Below are positions 1 through 9,099 of a stretch of 64,000 bases of DNA, in pieces. The translations under genes and the position numbers were made by a program. The notes under the pieces were generated by a model. The model was not told where the DNA came from and made no database searches. It was given only the letters and a program-made list of their open reading frames with translations. Origin of the DNA: Candidatus Heimdallarchaeota archaeon (GTDB taxonomy: Archaea > Asgardarchaeota > Heimdallarchaeia > Heimdallarchaeales > Heimdallarchaeaceae); contig JAAFKI010000175.1 of assembly GCA_021399345.1 (NCBI GenBank), forward strand, positions 35,233 through 99,232. Reading direction: 5' to 3'. Numbering within the stretch: position 1 is the stretch's first letter; the number at the start of each line of letters is the position of its first letter.

Positions 1-1924
1 AATTTCAGGAAGTGAAATTTATGACTATCGAAGCAAGTAATAAACAAAAACAATCAGCATCTGAAGACAAGAATCTGGTAAAACATGGAGAAGTCAAAAG
101 CACAACTCAAGCACCATTAGCTACATTCTATGAGGTTATACCTTTGAGAATCAAGACGGAATTAATGTCTGTTCGAGAGTGTGAAAGGTTGCGAAGAATA
201 ACCGAAAGAGATACTAGAATCATCCAGCACTACCTTAGAATCATCAAACACAATGAGGAGAAAATTCTACGAAAAGATGGTAAAGTCAACACTTCCCTTC
301 TGGATAATTTGACCCTAACCACTTCTTTGAACACGAAGAACAAGTTACGAACTTCCGTTCCTCACGACTTGAAGAAGCGTTATCCCCGTTGTTCACATGA
401 TGAATTCCAAGAATGCAGAGACAAAGCTATTTGGACTTACGAGAGTTGGAAAGCACAGCAAGATGTTTCTAAAAAGGAACTGAGTAGACCTGAATTCAAG
501 AAGAAAACTCCTCGACCCATGTTCAAAGGAAAAGAAGGCAGAGGTACTTTTCAGATACATTTCAAACTTGATAATACTGATGCTAGACTTTGGCTGGAGT
601 TAAGGGATTCGCTTGATACAAAACGATCTGACACTCGAACCCATCAGAGACTATGGCTACCATTAGCTTACTCACCTTACCATGAAAAGAGGTTGAAACT
701 AGAGAACATCAAGATGGTGGAACTAGTATATAAATCCAAAGAACAGCAATGGTGGGCACATTTTACCCAACATATTTCTGTCCCAAGTTATCAATCCACT
801 CTTTCACCTGCAGTGTTAGGAGTAGATCTGGGAATAAAGAAAACAGCTGTTGCTGTGTTACTTAATCCTACAGGTAAAGTAATCATGGATGAAATCCGCT
901 TTATCGTTGATAAGGAGAGGCAGTCAAAAATATGGCAACTTAGTAGACAGATCAAAGAAACTCAGAGGAAGTTGAATAAAAGTCTCAACAACCGTCAGCA
1001 TACTAAACAGCTTAACAATACACTCTTCCGTCTACGTAGAAGACGACGTTCTATTACAGAACAAGAACTAGGATTTGCAGTTAACCAATTGGTTGATTTC
1101 ATCCTTCAGTTGAAGAAGAGGTATAATCTGTTTGTGTCTGTTGGCTATCCTAAGTATATCCAGAGACGTCAACCTCGAGGTAGTGGAAACAAATCCTTAC
1201 GTAAGCAAGTGCATAAGTGGTGTTATCGCTACTTTATCATTAAGCTGAGAAACCAGCTAGCTAAGTATGGATTTGAACCGTATCGAGTGGTAGCTGTTAA
1301 TGAAAGTTGGACCTCTAAAAGATGTTCCAGATGTAATTCTACAAACACTACCCGTACAGGACAAGGACAGTTCAATTGCCATGATTACAACTACGAACTA
1401 GATGCCGACTTGAACGGAGCAAAAAACATAGGGAAGAGGTTGATTAGGTATGCGTTAAAACCAAACTTCAGCAGTATCAAAGATCTACTGACAGAAGAAT
1501 GCTATCCTATACAACACTACAAGTGTTTCCTGCCCTTAGGTCAATGGCTTAAGTGATTCTGCAAAGAATACATCGTTTAGTAAAATTCGGTGTGCGAGGT
1601 CAAGAATCCGTCATCTCACTAATTAGACTGATTCGATAATGAGTGACCTTAATCAGGAGATGATTCCTTTGAACAGCTTGCTGTTCCAGAGACTGGTACT
1701 GTATTTTATGAGAGGTTTTTCTTTTCATTACTTACAGTTTCGTACGACGACAATCCATGCCACGCCAGTTTAGGAGGAGTTTTGAAAGAATCTGCTTGAA
1801 AACTTAGGTTTTTGTGTAGAGACTAACTCATCATAGGCCAGGCTTAACTACAAATTAAGTCTGACTACAACCTCTCCCTCCTTTTTTCTTTTACACTTGT
1901 CGTTTAGTATAACGAGAAACTCAA
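1..1924 (+). mobile_element. right part of a tnpB-carrying IS200/IS605- or IS607-like element; left end lies outside the window
   Basis: tnpB plus structured 3' region ending near GAGAAAC-TCAA (1914-1924). No transposase visible in the window. Confidence 0.5.
12..1556 (+). CDS. tnpB: TnpB/Cas12f/Fanzor-superfamily RNA-guided endonuclease, RuvC-II-rearranged type
   Basis: RuvC-I VLGVDLG (D272), bridge-helix region, canonical RuvC-II position reads VSVGYP (G378), VNESWTSKRCSRC (E431, C438, C441), CHDY (C456, Y459), RuvC-III DADLNGAKNI (D466). Start may be ATG at 21. Confidence 0.9.
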   Translation: MKFMTIEASNKQKQSASEDKNLVKHGEVKSTTQAPLATFYEVIPLRIKTELMSVRECERLRRITERDTRIIQHYLRIIKHNEEKILRKDGKVNTSLLDNLTLTTSLNTKNKLRTSVPHDLKKRYPRCSHDEFQECRDKAIWTYESWKAQQDVSKKELSRPEFKKKTPRPMFKGKEGRGTFQIHFKLDNTDARLWLELRDSLDTKRSDTRTHQRLWLPLAYSPYHEKRLKLENIKMVELVYKSKEQQWWAHFTQHISVPSYQSTLSPAVLGVDLGIKKTAVAVLLNPTGKVIMDEIRFIVDKERQSKIWQLSRQIKETQRKLNKSLNNRQHTKQLNNTLFRLRRRRRSITEQELGFAVNQLVDFILQLKKRYNLFVSVGYPKYIQRRQPRGSGNKSLRKQVHKWCYRYFIIKLRNQLAKYGFEPYRVVAVNESWTSKRCSRCNSTNTTRTGQGQFNCHDYNYELDADLNGAKNIGKRLIRYALKPNFSSIKDLLTEECYPIQHYKCFLPLGQWLK

Positions 1925-1945
1925 TAGAACATCAACTAACATAGA
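1557..1945 (+). ncRNA. putative omegaRNA (scaffold to about 1921-1924, then guide)
   Basis: About 400 nt with no ORF directly after tnpB, containing many nested complementary segments (see findings). Boundaries are inferred. Confidence 0.65.
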
Positions 1946-1965
1946 TAAAAAAGAAATTCAATGTT

Positions 1966-2538
1966 TTAATCTAACCCAAATTCTACTCTCTTTCGTTCTA
2001 CATCTTTCATTAGTTCCTGCGCAAAGGTTCTGAATGCATCCTCTACTTTTTCACCTGTTTTTGCTGATGTAATAAAGAAAGAATCTTTTGGTATATTTAA
2101 CTCTTGAATAATGGTATCAATATTTTCTTGTGAAACAGCAATTTGTTCATTTAAATCTGCTTTGTTTCCTATAAGGAAGTATATTGCATCTTCTTCAACA
2201 CTCTCTAAACCTTTCTTCCATGCTTTCAAAGAACTTAAAGTGTTATTTCTTGTGAGATCATAAACTAAAAAACACCCTCTTGCTCCTCGATAGAATTTTT
2301 CTCTAACTGATGCAAATCGTTCTTGTCCGCCTATATCACTTATTAGAAACAACACTTCATCATTTTCAACAAATAATTGTTTGCTTAGAATGTCTACTCC
2401 TATTGTCATAAGATATGATGCTTGGAATCGGTTGTGTACAAATCTAGTAATAAGAGAGCTTTTACCTACTCCTGGGTCTCCTAGTAGAACTATTTTGAAA
2501 ATATACTTCTTGCCTTGCCCCTCGTCTTCAGTCATCAT
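1966..2538 (-). CDS. Rab-like small GTPase (eukaryotic signature protein)
   Basis: FKIVLLGDPGVGKSS, TIGVD, DIGGQERF, FYRGA, GNKADL, TSAKTG. No C-terminal prenylation Cys. Confidence 0.93.
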   Translation of the reverse strand: MMTEDEGQGKKYIFKIVLLGDPGVGKSSLITRFVHNRFQASYLMTIGVDILSKQLFVENDEVLFLISDIGGQERFASVREKFYRGARGCFLVYDLTRNNTLSSLKAWKKGLESVEEDAIYFLIGNKADLNEQIAVSQENIDTIIQELNIPKDSFFITSAKTGEKVEDAFRTFAQELMKDVERKRVEFGLD

Positions 2539-2604
2539 TTTCCCCTTGTCAATTCTCTTTTCGTATTTTTTTATTAAGTTTGTGCTTGTCTTTGCTTGTT
2601 TTTT

Positions 2605-3018
2605 CTAATTATTAAACATTTTAACTAGTTCTACTGCTGTTTCTTCAGCTAATTCTATCTTAGGTGGAATCAAGTTTAAACCATCTTCAGGAAATCGAGG
2701 TACTAAGTGGAAGTGTATGTGATCAAGTATTTGTCCTGCATCTCTACCATTGTTCTGAATAATATTCAAGCCTGTAGCTCCGGTTATTTGCTTTAATTTA
2801 CTTGTAATTTCAGGTATTTTTTTTGTAAAATTCATTTCAGTTTCTGATAAATCGAATATTTGTTCAAGGTGTTTCTTTGGCACGAACAAACTATGACCTT
2901 TTGACATGGGATATATATCTAGAAATACTTTAATTTCGTCATCCTCATAGAGAGTATAGCTTGGCAATTCACCTTTCACAATCTTACAAATAAGACATTC
3001 TTCATCCATATCAATCAT
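2605..3018 (-). CDS. HIT family nucleotide hydrolase
   Basis: CLICKI, FLDIYP..GHSLFVPKKH, HIHFHLVPR histidine triad. Confidence 0.93.
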   Translation of the reverse strand: MIDMDEECLICKIVKGELPSYTLYEDDEIKVFLDIYPMSKGHSLFVPKKHLEQIFDLSETEMNFTKKIPEITSKLKQITGATGLNIIQNNGRDAGQILDHIHFHLVPRFPEDGLNLIPPKIELAEETAVELVKMFNN

Positions 3019-3095
3019 GCTCTCTTCTTTTCCTAGTGGTTTACTTATCTTACTTTTCAGTTTTTTGTATTGCAGCTGAAATAGTAAACAAAAAT

Positions 3096-4160
3096 CTATG
3101 AAACTTCAACATTTAATCCTTTGTCTTGATATAGGATATAGGCATTACCTCCGGCACGTATTATTGCTTGGGCAACCTCTTTTTGCTTTTCTGGAGAATA
3201 GGCTAGGAATGAACCACCATTTCCGCTCCCTAATAGTTTACAAGCAAGGGCTCCAGCGTTTTTTGCGCTTAAAATTAATTCTTGCATCTGATTTGTGACA
3301 TTTTCAAAATAGTTTTGTTGGAAATGGTGATGGGAATCGATTAATTCAACTAGTTCCTCTGGTTTAAATTCCTGGTTTTTCATTTTACGATATCCATCTC
3401 TTACAACATCCCTAATTCCTAAAACAGCTACTAGTCTTTGTAATTTTTTACTAGTATTTTCTTTATACGCTTGATGTACTTCACTAAAGGATGAAGATTG
3501 TAAATCAAAGGAAGTATCTCTTTTGTTCATTATTTCTATTCCTTGATTTATCTCCTCTTTCCTCTTTCTTATCGTTTGAATAGTTTCTTTTTTTGTTAAA
3601 GTATCACCAATAACTATACCAGTAAGTTTAGTATCAAGTTTTTCGAGCTTGTAAGGTTCCCTACACTCTAAATGGAGCATATCTCCAAACACACTGGCAT
3701 ATTGATCCATCATTCCTCCCGGTTCTCCCAAGTTTACTACTTCTGCTAAATATGCATTCCATGCCAATTCTTTCTCTGTTAAATTTGAATCTGAGGCTTT
3801 ATCAAAAAACCCAACCAAGGCCGAACAAAGTGCAGATGAAGAGGAGAGTCCTTTCCCTATTAGGATGTTGGAATTAACTTCAACGTTCGCCCCAAAGTTC
3901 TTTGGAAGATATTTTTGAAAAATATTGAAAACAGAACGAATATAATCTCTTTTTTCGTTTAGTGGCTGTGTTTCATTACTAAACTTAACTTCTTTACCTA
4001 AATCTGTTAGTGTGAATTTAATAATTCCACTATTGTTTGTTTTGCCTTTAACTTCTATTCTTTGGTTGACTGCAATAGTTATAACTTCAAGGTTCATGTA
4101 ATCTACATCTTCACCAAAAAGACAAACTCTTCCAGGAGAAGACGAAATTATCTCTAGCAT
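3096..4160 (-). CDS. GHMP kinase, galactokinase-like
   Basis: SPGRVCLFGE, IGKGLSSSSA, GMMDQ, KLLGSGNGG. Confidence 0.85.
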   Translation of the reverse strand: MLEIISSSPGRVCLFGEDVDYMNLEVITIAVNQRIEVKGKTNNSGIIKFTLTDLGKEVKFSNETQPLNEKRDYIRSVFNIFQKYLPKNFGANVEVNSNILIGKGLSSSSALCSALVGFFDKASDSNLTEKELAWNAYLAEVVNLGEPGGMMDQYASVFGDMLHLECREPYKLEKLDTKLTGIVIGDTLTKKETIQTIRKRKEEINQGIEIMNKRDTSFDLQSSSFSEVHQAYKENTSKKLQRLVAVLGIRDVVRDGYRKMKNQEFKPEELVELIDSHHHFQQNYFENVTNQMQELILSAKNAGALACKLLGSGNGGSFLAYSPEKQKEVAQAIIRAGGNAYILYQDKGLNVEVS

Positions 4161-4161
4161 T

Positions 4162-5502
4162 CTACTCCGTCCATTTCTCTTGATATTCGGTAGCTGCCCT
4201 CTTTACTTTTTCAATATCAATAGTCAAATAGTTTCCATCTTGAAAAACAATTTCCCCATCAATCATAGTCATACTTACATCTTTACCACTAGCTGAATAA
4301 ACTAAATGGGAAACTGGGTTGTAAAGAGGAAAAGAGTTTACTTCATCAATATTAGCCATTACTAAATCAGCTTTTTTCCCTACTTCAACTGAGCCTATCT
4401 CTGTTCCCCAGTTTATAGCTTGAGCTCCCTCTATTGTTGCCATTCTAAGAACTTTCTCTGCAGGTAAAGCCAGTTCATCTAGATGTTTAATCTTCTGTAA
4501 AAATGCAGCTAAACGCATATCTTGAAACATATCAAAATTATTATTACATGGAGGACCATCTGTCCCAATCCCAACAATAATCCCCAACTTATGATATCGT
4601 AAAACATCACATATTCCTGAAGCCAATTTACTGTTACTGCTAGGATTGTGAGTTATTCGGGTATTTGTTTGTTCAACTAAATTATATTCATCATCATCTA
4701 GCCATATTCCATGAGCTAGTATTGTTTCTGAGCCTAGAGCATCTAGTTTTTTCAGCGATCTAAAATAGCTATCTCCAAATATTCTTACAACTTCTGCACA
4801 TTCAGCTTGAGATTCTGAAGCGTGTGAATGAATCATTAGATCATCATATTCGTCTTTTGTCTCCACAACAAGTTTCATCAATTCAGATGAACAGGATAGA
4901 AGAAATCTTGGATTTAAAGAATATTTAACTCTCCCATTTTGTGTTTGATGATATTCATCAATTTGCTTTCTAGCAGATTCAATTACTGTTTCAGCATCTT
5001 CAATTATTATTTCCGGAAAATCATTACTGTAATCCATCAGCATTTTACCGATTCTTGTCCTGATTCCAATTTCTTGTGCTGCTTTAATTCCAGAATCTGA
5101 ATCATGATTAGTAAGCATATCATTTGCTGTAGAAGTACCTGTTCTTATCATTTCAGCAAAACCTAGAAGTGATGAATTGTATACTTCTTCTGCAGTAAAC
5201 TGAGCTTCTCCTGGTAAAACCACCTTCTTTAACCAATCTAGAAGGGCATAATCATCCGCCTTTCCTCTTAGAAATGTTTGAACACTGTGACTATGTGTGT
5301 TTACTAAACCTGGGAGTAAAATTTTGTTGTTTCCGTCAATTATTTTTGTTGCTGAAAATTCCTTATGAATTTCCTTTTTTGTTCCCACACCATGAATTAA
5401 TCCATTAGACACATAAACAGCAGCATCTTTGATAATACTGTTTTTTTGATTGCAGGTAACTATTATATCCGCTTCTAAGATTGTATCTTTCAACTTGACC
5501 AT
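4162..5502 (-). CDS. metal-dependent amidohydrolase, MTA/SAH-deaminase-like
   Basis: PGLVNTHSH, HSHASE, AHGIW, HNPSSN.KL.SG, GTDG, GSVEVGKKADL. Start moved to ATG 5502 (MVKLKD) to avoid overlap with the UDG gene. Confidence 0.87.
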   Translation of the reverse strand: MVKLKDTILEADIIVTCNQKNSIIKDAAVYVSNGLIHGVGTKKEIHKEFSATKIIDGNNKILLPGLVNTHSHSVQTFLRGKADDYALLDWLKKVVLPGEAQFTAEEVYNSSLLGFAEMIRTGTSTANDMLTNHDSDSGIKAAQEIGIRTRIGKMLMDYSNDFPEIIIEDAETVIESARKQIDEYHQTQNGRVKYSLNPRFLLSCSSELMKLVVETKDEYDDLMIHSHASESQAECAEVVRIFGDSYFRSLKKLDALGSETILAHGIWLDDDEYNLVEQTNTRITHNPSSNSKLASGICDVLRYHKLGIIVGIGTDGPPCNNNFDMFQDMRLAAFLQKIKHLDELALPAEKVLRMATIEGAQAINWGTEIGSVEVGKKADLVMANIDEVNSFPLYNPVSHLVYSASGKDVSMTMIDGEIVFQDGNYLTIDIEKVKRAATEYQEKWTE

Positions 5503-5568
5503 TGGTTTAATTGGGAATAGCTTAATAAATCCTCTTTTTTTTGTATTTTTACAGAGGAGATAGAATCT

Positions 5569-6225
5569 ATGGCAAATGATGAGATAGCAAAGTTGACAGA
5601 AGATATCGTCATATGTGAAGCTTGCCACCTGAAGGATAGTAGGACTCAAGTTGTTCCAGGTCTCTATGGTCCAAAGAATGGTTTGTGTATAATTGGGGAA
5701 GCACCAGGTTATCATGAAGATAAACAAGGTATACCTTTTGTTGGTAGATCAGGTAAGCTACTTGACAATATGCTCTCAGGTATTGGTTTAGAAAGGAAGA
5801 AGGATCTGAGTATCCTTAATGTAGTAAAATGCCGTCCAACTACAGAAGATAAAAACAATAGAACACCAACGAATTCAGAGTTGAAGTTCTGTGGTGAGAG
5901 ATGGTTATTCAAACAATTGAAATTACTATCACCAAAACTTATTGTAACCATTGGTTCAATAGCCTTGAGGTTCTTCATTCCCTCTGCGGCAGTAACTAAG
6001 TATGTTGGAAAATCTTATGACACAGATCTTGGAATAAAATTGTATGTAACATATCATCCTGCATACATTCTACGTAACTATAACTTAATGGATGTTTACA
6101 ATGAACATTTCGAAGGTATTAAGAATTTATACCTAAATCTCTTAAATCAAAATAAAATAGCTTCTGATAACAAGAGATCAATCAAAGGACAAGGAGAACA
6201 GAAATCTTTGACAGATTTTCTGTAA
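5569..6225 (+). CDS. udg: family 4 uracil-DNA glycosylase with C-terminal PIP-box
   Basis: CEAC Fe-S ligands, GEAPG, PFVGRSG, NVVKCRP, TYHPAY; C-terminal QKSLTDFL. Confidence 0.92.
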   Translation: MANDEIAKLTEDIVICEACHLKDSRTQVVPGLYGPKNGLCIIGEAPGYHEDKQGIPFVGRSGKLLDNMLSGIGLERKKDLSILNVVKCRPTTEDKNNRTPTNSELKFCGERWLFKQLKLLSPKLIVTIGSIALRFFIPSAAVTKYVGKSYDTDLGIKLYVTYHPAYILRNYNLMDVYNEHFEGIKNLYLNLLNQNKIASDNKRSIKGQGEQKSLTDFL

Positions 6226-6298
6226 ACTTGTAAAAGCTTCATAATGATGATTTCTTTCTATAAAAGAATAATTTATAATCAGAATTGAGACCGATTAA

Positions 6299-7693
6299 AT
6301 GATGAAGAAAAAGTTTAAGCTGTTTGGTACAGCTGGAATAAGAGGTCGTTTTGGTACTAAGGTTACAGCTGAACTCACAATTCAAGTTAGTCAAGCGGTT
6401 GCTCAACTCTATTCTTCTGAGGGAATTCTTATTGGTCACGATGCAAGAACATCATCAGAAGCCTTAAGTCAATTTGCCTCTGCATCACTCTCATTATCAG
6501 GAGTTAAAGTTTACAAAATTGGTTTGTGCACATTTCCAGTTATCGCCAATCTAACTTTGAATTCTAAACATTCAGTTGCTGTTTATATTACTGCTTCTCA
6601 TAATCCACCTACAGACAATGGAATTAAGGTACTAAGAAATGGGAGAGAATTTACACTCCAAGAGCAAAATCAGATCGAAGACCTAATTATAGAAAGAGAT
6701 GGAAATGCAAAACTCATACATCATGAAGTCTGGGACAATATTGAACCACAATTAGAGGTTTTAGATGCAAATAATCAATATTTCAAAAGGATAACAGAAG
6801 CAGTTCAAATTAATGGAGAGGGAAGGAAGGTTATACTTGATTGTGCCAATGGTCCCATGTCAGAACTTGCACCGTTAATATTAACACATTATGGATTCCT
6901 ACCAACAACAATTAATTCGCATATAGATGGATCTTTTCCAGGAAGACTTGCAGAACCCAGTCCGGAAAATCTTACAACACTCATAGAACTTTGTAAGAAA
7001 GAAAATGTTCTAGGAGCAGCTTTTGATGGTGATGGGGACAGACTAGCCATCATTAACGAACAAGGAGAATTTGTTGAATTATCTAGAATAAATGCACTGT
7101 TGGCTACATATGCCATAAATGAAGGGGGACCTGGAAAGATTATAATTAGTATAGATTCATCAACTACAATTGACAAAACTGTAGAGAAAATAGGCGGAGA
7201 AGTTATAAGAACAAAATTAGGAGAACTTCACACAAAAGGTCAAGAGTTAATTAAATCTAATGAAAAGGTCATTTTCGCAGCTGAACCTTGGAAACCCATC
7301 TTTCCTAAATGGGGTTTCTGGATAGATGGACTATATTCTTTAGTTAAAATTTTGAAAGTGATTGTAAGCGGTCAAACTACTGTTTCTGAGATAATGAAGG
7401 ATATTCCATTACATATTGCTAAGAGAAATGCTTACCTAGTAGACCAAGAAAGGGTTGAAACTATATTCGATGATTGTAAAACCAAACTTAGATTTTCTCT
7501 TGAAAATGAAAGTAGAAAAGAGCTAACTATTGATGGACTACGTTATGATATGGATGATGGTACTTGGATCTTGATAAGAAAATCAGGAACAGAGCCTAAA
7601 ATAAGAATATATTATGAATCCCCTACTCAGAATCGTTTTGAGTGGATTGAAAACATTGTTAAAGATTTAGAAATAATAATCAAAGAAAAGTGA
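6299..7693 (+). CDS. alpha-D-phosphohexomutase (PMM/PGM/GlmM family)
   Basis: FGTAGIRG, ITASHNP, DGDGDR, RKSGTEPKIRIY. Confidence 0.9.
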   Translation: MMKKKFKLFGTAGIRGRFGTKVTAELTIQVSQAVAQLYSSEGILIGHDARTSSEALSQFASASLSLSGVKVYKIGLCTFPVIANLTLNSKHSVAVYITASHNPPTDNGIKVLRNGREFTLQEQNQIEDLIIERDGNAKLIHHEVWDNIEPQLEVLDANNQYFKRITEAVQINGEGRKVILDCANGPMSELAPLILTHYGFLPTTINSHIDGSFPGRLAEPSPENLTTLIELCKKENVLGAAFDGDGDRLAIINEQGEFVELSRINALLATYAINEGGPGKIIISIDSSTTIDKTVEKIGGEVIRTKLGELHTKGQELIKSNEKVIFAAEPWKPIFPKWGFWIDGLYSLVKILKVIVSGQTTVSEIMKDIPLHIAKRNAYLVDQERVETIFDDCKTKLRFSLENESRKELTIDGLRYDMDDGTWILIRKSGTEPKIRIYYESPTQNRFEWIENIVKDLEIIIKEK

Positions 7694-8076
7694 GATATAT
7701 GGTATCAGATGTGATAAAAAAAGAGCTAAGATTAACCAACGAAAGACTAAGAATTACAATAGTGGTTTTATTATTCTGGGTCATACTAACTACCTTAGAT
7801 ATTATAGGAATAATTAATTTGGATACAGCAGGATCTGGATTCCTAATTTATGCAATCATGGCAGCTTCAGCCATCATTTTTCTGATTTTAGCTTTAGGTA
7901 TTCAAGCTGAACCACTACTTAAACAAGTAATAAAAAATAGAAAAGAGATTAACAAGTTTTGGGAATCTGAAGAGAAATTAAAACCAAGTATTGAAAAAAG
8001 AACCAAAATTAGTGAGGTTATTTTGATTTTTGCAATACTATTGATGATGGTTTCTTTACTCTTTGTGGTGGTATAG
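7690..8076 (+). CDS. hypothetical membrane protein (about 3 TM)
   Basis: Three hydrophobic stretches; start overlaps the mutase stop. Confidence 0.65.
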   Translation: MRYMVSDVIKKELRLTNERLRITIVVLLFWVILTTLDIIGIINLDTAGSGFLIYAIMAASAIIFLILALGIQAEPLLKQVIKNRKEINKFWESEEKLKPSIEKRTKISEVILIFAILLMMVSLLFVVV

Positions 8077-8327
8077 AACTTCTAGCTTTAACTCAATGAA
8101 AATAGCTGATTCAAACTAGACAAACCCATATTTTCTTTCTTTAAAGAGTCAATCAATTAATTGATACACCACCTTCTTACAAGTTCTAGTAAATCTTCCA
8201 GTCGAAGAAGAGGGGTTTTGAAAGAACCAAAGGTCACTGAAAGTATTCACTACCTTATTAGAAGGAACAAATTACTAACTAAGCTAATGAAATATCCTTA
8301 TTTACTACTAGATTTTGATTTATATGG

Positions 8328-9089
8328 ATGGCTAGAAATAATTCTTCTGAATTCTCAATATTCTTTGATGATGGAGGGGTAATGAATGACAATAAATTAC
8401 GTGGCATTCAGTGGCAGAAAATGATAGGGGATTTTTTTTCACCAAAGTATGGGGGAGAATCTCATAAATGGAGTGAAGCGAACTTTGAATTCATAAATGA
8501 AATTATGGCAGAATATACTGAAGCTGCAGAAAATGAAGAATTAATTGAGTATAACGATTATTATTCAGATTTTATTTTGAGATGGGTAACTAGTATGTTT
8601 GAGTATGTAGGAGTTAAAGTTCCCCCTGAAGAGATGCACAACAAAATCTACTTTGAAGTAATAGAAGCTATAACGCCTAATATCAAAGCCTCTTTTCCAG
8701 GGGTGGTTGAAGCAATTAAAAACCTTCATAGCCAAGGGTTTAGACTGTTTACTTCTTCAGGAGAACACTCAGTTGAACTAAAAGGATACTTAAGGGGAAT
8801 GAGGTTAAAAGACTGTTTCGAAAACTTCTATGGATCAGATTTAGTAAATACTCATAAGAGCGACGAGGTTTTCTATGATAGGATTTTCAAGGAAATTAAT
8901 TTAGATCCCAAAAGAGCAATAGTAATTGATGACAAACCTATTTTCTTGGAATTTGCTGAAAAGATTGGAGCAAATGTTGTTCAAGCTTGTTTAACAGGAG
9001 AATTCGAACCATCATATAGATACTATGTGGAAAATATGAATGAATTACCAGAAGTAATAATTAAGCTTCTAAAAAAAGTAAAAAAATAG
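8328..9089 (+). CDS. HAD-superfamily hydrolase
   Basis: Motif I FFDDGGV, FPGV, TSS motif II, K, VIDD motif IV. Confidence 0.8.
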   Translation: MARNNSSEFSIFFDDGGVMNDNKLRGIQWQKMIGDFFSPKYGGESHKWSEANFEFINEIMAEYTEAAENEELIEYNDYYSDFILRWVTSMFEYVGVKVPPEEMHNKIYFEVIEAITPNIKASFPGVVEAIKNLHSQGFRLFTSSGEHSVELKGYLRGMRLKDCFENFYGSDLVNTHKSDEVFYDRIFKEINLDPKRAIVIDDKPIFLEFAEKIGANVVQACLTGEFEPSYRYYVENMNELPEVIIKLLKKVKK

Positions 9090-9099
9090 AAAAGAGGAA

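Noticed and set aside
12-1556. Nuclease-dead TnpB (TldR-like repressor)
   Set aside because: Both catalytic Asp residues are present and an alternative Glu (E431) can replace the missing RuvC-II Glu. Not excluded without an assay, but not the preferred reading.
8161-8382. 73-aa ORF, and a GTTTTGAAAGAA 12-mer shared with the omegaRNA region (about 1779 and 8215)
   Set aside because: The ORF has a TTG start, overlaps the HAD gene and shows no motif. A 12-nt AT-rich match is expected by chance in 64 kb.
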